From: Candidatus Marinacidobacterium sp.
GTDB lineage: Bacteria; Acidobacteriota; Vicinamibacteria; Marinacidobacterales; Marinacidobacteraceae
Length of the DNA stretch: 64,000 nt
Reading direction: 5' to 3'
Assembly: GCA_965204755.1 (NCBI GenBank)
Contig: OZ242011.1
Coordinates: forward strand, 2,432,001 to 2,496,000
Made by a program: the position numbers and the translations under genes
Part shown: in pieces, positions 57,434-64,000 of the stretch
Numbering within the stretch: the stretch's first letter is position 1
Layout of the letters: each line of letters opens with the position of its first letter
Notes under the pieces: model-generated
Told to the model about the DNA's origin: nothing
What the model saw: only the letters and a program-made list of their open reading frames with translations
The model's database searches: none

Positions 57434-59188
57434 ATGAGTTCCCCCGCACCGCCCGCACCCCCTGCCTCGCCCCCGTCCCGGCCCCCGACTTCCGCCCCAC
57501 CGGCCCGGCCGGGCGCCCCCCCGGCCGCCGCTCCGCCGGCCGCTGTCCGCCGGCCGCCGGCCGTTGTCCGCCGGCCCCCGGCCGTTGTCCGCCGGCCCCC
57601 GGCCGTTGTCCGCCGGCCCCCGGCCGCCGAGGCCGCCGGAGCGCCGGCCCCGCCCGGAAGGCCCGCCTCCGCGCGGCGGCTCGCCGCCACCCGCACCGGC
57701 ACCGTGGTCGGAGTGGACGGCCTCACCGTCCGGGTGGAAGTGGACATGCAACTCTCCGCCGACGGGCGGTCGAGCGTCCGCACCGTCGGCCTTCCCGACG
57801 CGGTGGTCCGCGAGGCCCAACAGCGGGTCCACGCGGCCCTCCGCAACGGCGGCTGCGAACCCCCGCCGGCGCACCTGATCGTGAACCTCGCCCCGGCCTC
57901 CGTCCGCAAGGAGGGCTCCGGCTTCGACCTGGCGGTCGCCGTCGGCATCATGGCCGCCGCCGGCCAACTCCCCCGCCGCCGCCTCCCGGAGACGCTCCTG
58001 CTGGGGGAACTCGCCCTCGACGGTTCGCTTCGCCCGGTACGCGGCGCCCTCCCGATCGCCTGGGCCGCGGCGGCCGACGGGCTGAACACCGCAGTCGTCC
58101 CGCCGGAGAACGCCGACGAGGCGGCGCTCGCCCCGGGCCTCGCGGTCCACGCGGCGCCGAGCCTCGGCGCGGCCGCCTCCCTGCTCGCCGCCGCCGAGTT
58201 GCCTCCGGCCCACCGGGCCTCCTCGGCCGCCCCCTCCCCGGCGGCCCCGGCGGTGGATCTCGCCGAGGTCCGGGGCCAGGGCAAGGCCCGCCGCGCCCTC
58301 GAGATCGCCGCCGCCGGCGGCCACAACCTGCTCTTCACCGGCCCGCCGGGCAGCGGCAAGACCCTGCTGGTGAGCGCCCTGCCCGACCTCCTCCCACCGC
58401 TCTCCGCCGAAGAGGCGCTGGAAGTGGCTCGAATCCGCTCCGCCGTCGGCCAACAGCCGACGATCCTCTCCGGTCGGCCGCCGTTTCGCGCCCCCCACCA
58501 CACGATCTCCTACGCCGGCATGGCCGGGGGCGGGCCGGGGCCGGGGCCGGGGGAAATCACGCTCGCCCACCGGGGGGTCCTCTTCCTCGACGAACTCCCC
58601 GAATTCCGGCGCTCCGTGCTCGAGTGCCTGCGGCAGCCGCTCGAGAGCGGCGAGATCCACATCGGCCGCGCCCGCCAATCGGTCCGCTTCCCCGCCCGGT
58701 TCATGCTGGTCGCGGCGATGAACCCCTGTCCCTGCGGCTTCGACGGCGACGAGGGCCGCCCCTGCTCCTGCACCCCGTCCGCGATCGCCCGCTACCGCTC
58801 CCGGATCTCCGGGCCGCTCCTCGACCGGATGGACATCCACCTCACGGTGCGCCCGGTGCGGTCGAAGGAAGTGCTCGGCCGGGGTCCGGCGGAGTCCACC
58901 GCCGCGGTCCGGGAGCGGGTCGCCCGGGCCCGGTCGGCGCGATGGCAACGGTTCCGCCGCGCCCTTCCCCGGCGCCCGCCGACCGTCGCGGAACTGCGCC
59001 GGGCCTGCCGCGCCGAGGGGCCGTTCCGCTCGCTGGTCACCTGGGCGATGGACGGTCTGGGCATGTCCGCCCGCGCCGTCACCCGGGCCTTCCGGGTGGC
59101 CCGGACGATCGCTGACCTGGCCGGTTCGGCGGACATCGAACCCCTCCACCTGGAGGAGGCCCTGGCCTTCCGGCGGGTGGAGCGATGA
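57434..59188 (+). CDS. comM: YifB/ComM Mg-chelatase-like AAA+ ATPase
   Basis: VGLPD, VNLAPA, GELALDG, GPPGSGKT, FRAPHH, LFLDE, AAMNPCPCG, SGPLLDR. Confidence 0.9.
   Translation: MSSPAPPAPPASPPSRPPTSAPPARPGAPPAAAPPAAVRRPPAVVRRPPAVVRRPPAVVRRPPAAEAAGAPAPPGRPASARRLAATRTGTVVGVDGLTVRVEVDMQLSADGRSSVRTVGLPDAVVREAQQRVHAALRNGGCEPPPAHLIVNLAPASVRKEGSGFDLAVAVGIMAAAGQLPRRRLPETLLLGELALDGSLRPVRGALPIAWAAAADGLNTAVVPPENADEAALAPGLAVHAAPSLGAAASLLAAAELPPAHRASSAAPSPAAPAVDLAEVRGQGKARRALEIAAAGGHNLLFTGPPGSGKTLLVSALPDLLPPLSAEEALEVARIRSAVGQQPTILSGRPPFRAPHHTISYAGMAGGGPGPGPGEITLAHRGVLFLDELPEFRRSVLECLRQPLESGEIHIGRARQSVRFPARFMLVAAMNPCPCGFDGDEGRPCSCTPSAIARYRSRISGPLLDRMDIHLTVRPVRSKEVLGRGPAESTAAVRERVARARSARWQRFRRALPRRPPTVAELRRACRAEGPFRSLVTWAMDGLGMSARAVTRAFRVARTIADLAGSADIEPLHLEEALAFRRVER
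57536..57626. repeat. 21-bp tandem repeat x4.3 (PAVVRRP) in the ComM N-terminal extension
   Basis: Unit CCGGCCGTTGTCCGCCGGCCC; three exact copies plus one variant. Confidence 0.9.
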
Positions 59189-59240
59189 CCCCCGCCGCGC
59201 CGCCTCCGCGCCCGGCGGCCCGGCCCCTTCCGCTAAGTCG

Positions 59241-59249
59241 TGGTAGAAT
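59241..59249 (+). promoter_or_regulatory. Extended -10 promoter element
   Basis: TGGTAGAAT, 14 nt before the M23 ATG. Confidence 0.5.
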
Positions 59250-59263
59250 CTGGAATTCGCTTT

Positions 59264-60238
59264 ATGCCAAGTCTCGATTCGAGCCGGCTGCGGCGCCTCG
59301 GCGGGGCCCTGTTCCGCCGGTTCTCGCAGCCGCTGCTCCGGCGATTCCTGGGGCCGACCGACGAGCGGGATTCCATCCGCGTCGTCGTTTTCGGCGCCGG
59401 CGGCCGGACACCGACAGAATACCGGCTCGGGGCCGAGAGGTTCCGGCGCAGCAGGCGGATCGCCGCCGCGGCGCTCGGCGCGGCGCTGCTGGTCGGCGCG
59501 CACTACGCCTATCTCCTCGTCGCCCCCCATGCCGGATCCGAGGCGCTCATCGAGGAGCGCGACCTGCTCCGGGAGCAGGGGCTCGGCTACGCCCGGGACA
59601 CCGAGCGGATGGCCGGCCGCATCGAGGCGCTCGAGGTGCAGATGCGGAAGTTGGCGGTGCTCGCCGGGGCGGATCCGCTGCCCGACCGGGCGGCGGGGAT
59701 CGGCGGGGCGGTGGACGCTTCGACCGGCTACGACTATGTGAGCGACCGCATCGAGGACCTCTCGAGCCGCATCGCCCGGCTCGACCAGCAGGGCTTGGCG
59801 CTCGAGCGGAGCATGCGGGAGAAGACCCGGCTGCTCGCCTCCACGCCGTCGGTCTGGCCGCTGCGCGGCTACATCGCCTCCGGCTACGGCCGGCGGAGCG
59901 ACCCGTTCACCGGCGAGATCGAGTGGCACCAGGGGGTGGACATCGTCGCCAGCCCGGGCGCGCCGGTGCGCACCACCGCCGACGGGGTGGTGCTCGAGGC
60001 CGCCACTTCCCCGACCTTCGGCAAGAATGTGGTCGTCTCCCACGGGTTCGGCGCGGTGACGCGCTACGCCCACCTCTCGCAGATCGAGGTTCGCCGCGGG
60101 CAGCGGCTGCGCCGCGGCCAGATGGTCGGCCGCGTGGGGAACACCGGCCGCAGCCGGGCCCCCCACCTCCACTACGAGGTGTGGCTGAACGGACGCGCCC
60201 AGGACCCTCTCGACCACATCGTGGACTACACGCGGTAG
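59264..60238 (+). CDS. M23 family metallopeptidase
   Basis: TPSVWP, H.GVDI, TRYAHL, GNTGRS..PHLHYEV. Confidence 0.92.
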   Translation: MPSLDSSRLRRLGGALFRRFSQPLLRRFLGPTDERDSIRVVVFGAGGRTPTEYRLGAERFRRSRRIAAAALGAALLVGAHYAYLLVAPHAGSEALIEERDLLREQGLGYARDTERMAGRIEALEVQMRKLAVLAGADPLPDRAAGIGGAVDASTGYDYVSDRIEDLSSRIARLDQQGLALERSMREKTRLLASTPSVWPLRGYIASGYGRRSDPFTGEIEWHQGVDIVASPGAPVRTTADGVVLEAATSPTFGKNVVVSHGFGAVTRYAHLSQIEVRRGQRLRRGQMVGRVGNTGRSRAPHLHYEVWLNGRAQDPLDHIVDYTR

Positions 60239-60340
60239 CGCCGCGCTGCCGACCCCCCGGAGCCCTTCCTCCCGCGCGCGGGGCCCGGAGGGGCGCCGCG
60301 TCTCCCGCGCTTCGGTCCGCCCCGAGCCGCCGCTGACCTG

Positions 60341-63175
<2,835 letters not shown>

Positions 63176-63215
63176 CCTCGCGAAACGCGGCCGGCCCGGC
63201 GCCCGAGGACCGGCG

Positions 63216-64000
63216 ATGAGCGGGGAAGCGCTCGAGGCCGCGCTGACCTTCGACGATGTCCTGCTGAAGCCGCGCTACTCGGCGGTGCTGCCCGCGGAGT
63301 GCGCGGTGCGGAGCCGGTTCAGCCGGCGGATCGAACTGGCGTCGCCGGTGGTGAGCGCCGCGATGGACACCGTGACCGAAGCCCGTCTCGCCATCGCCAT
63401 CGCCCAGTTGGGCGGCATCGGGGTGATCCACCGCAACCTCCCGGTGGAGAGCCAGGCGGCGGAAGTCGCGAAGGTGAAGCGCGCCCAGGGAGGGATGGTG
63501 GTGGAGCCGGTCGGCGTCCGCTCGGACGCCCCGGTCGCCGAGGCCGTCCGCCTGATGGAGCGCCACGGCATCTCCGGCCTGCTGGTCACCGACGACGGCG
63601 GCCGCCTGGTGGGCATCCTCACGCACCGGGACCTCCGTTTCGACTCGGACGGCGACCTCGAGGTCAGCGACCTGATGACGCGCGACCCCCACACCGTCAC
63701 CCTCTCCGAGGCGCTCGACGACGAGCGGGTCCTCGACGAGGCCAAGGCGATCCTCCACCGCCACCGGGTGGAGAAGTTGCCCGTGGTGGACGAGCGCGGC
63801 GCCCCGGCCGGGCTGCTCACCTTCAAGGACATCCAGAAGGCCAAGGAGTACCCGGACGCCACCCGCGACGAGCGCGGCCGGCTGCGCTGCGCGGCGGCGG
63901 TCGGGGTCGGGGACGCGGCGCTCGCCCGCGCCGAGGCGCTCGCCGAGCGCGAAGTGGACGCGATCGTCGTGGACACCGCCCACGGCCACACCGAGAGCGT
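63216..64000 (+). CDS. guaB: IMP dehydrogenase (runs off the window)
   Basis: ALTFDDVLL.P, SAAMDTVTE, GGIGVIHRN, CBS pair, VDTAHGH; absent from the ORF track because it has no stop in the window. Confidence 0.95.
   Translation, partial: MSGEALEAALTFDDVLLKPRYSAVLPAECAVRSRFSRRIELASPVVSAAMDTVTEARLAIAIAQLGGIGVIHRNLPVESQAAEVAKVKRAQGGMVVEPVGVRSDAPVAEAVRLMERHGISGLLVTDDGGRLVGILTHRDLRFDSDGDLEVSDLMTRDPHTVTLSEALDDERVLDEAKAILHRHRVEKLPVVDERGAPAGLLTFKDIQKAKEYPDATRDERGRLRCAAAVGVGDAALARAEALAEREVDAIVVDTAHGHTES

Overview
High-GC (roughly 70% by eye) bacterial chromosome segment. The Oar-type TonB receptor, VPS10/BNR protein, several S9 peptidases and TAT-exported class V aminotransferase suggest Acidobacteriota (inference only). 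The right end is housekeeping (rnd, DAACS transporter, ccdA/tlpA, yifB/comM, M23 peptidase, secA, guaB). The main item is a ~14 kb minus-strand defence island (2740-16835). It holds an Ssp-like phosphorothioate (PT) modification module: DUF4007/SspB, SspC-like ATPase, PAPS-reductase/SspD and cysteine desulfurase/SspA. In the same tightly coupled operon, the known effectors SspE/SspFGH are replaced by a GIY-YIG nuclease, two DndB-like DGQHR proteins and an SNF2 helicase. sspB is split by a C20 homopolymer one base out of frame (candidate phase-variation switch or sequencing error), and an SBD-HNH-like putative PT-dependent nuclease lies just upstream. Other points: a TIGR04255 three-gene cassette, two R-M loci that have lost most of their methyltransferase, a degenerate intergenic ~20-bp repeat array, a Fur-box-like palindrome, and strong window-wide avoidance of AGCT and ACGT. 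No tRNA, rRNA, CRISPR array or integrase was seen. All family calls come from motif recognition by eye; no searches were run.
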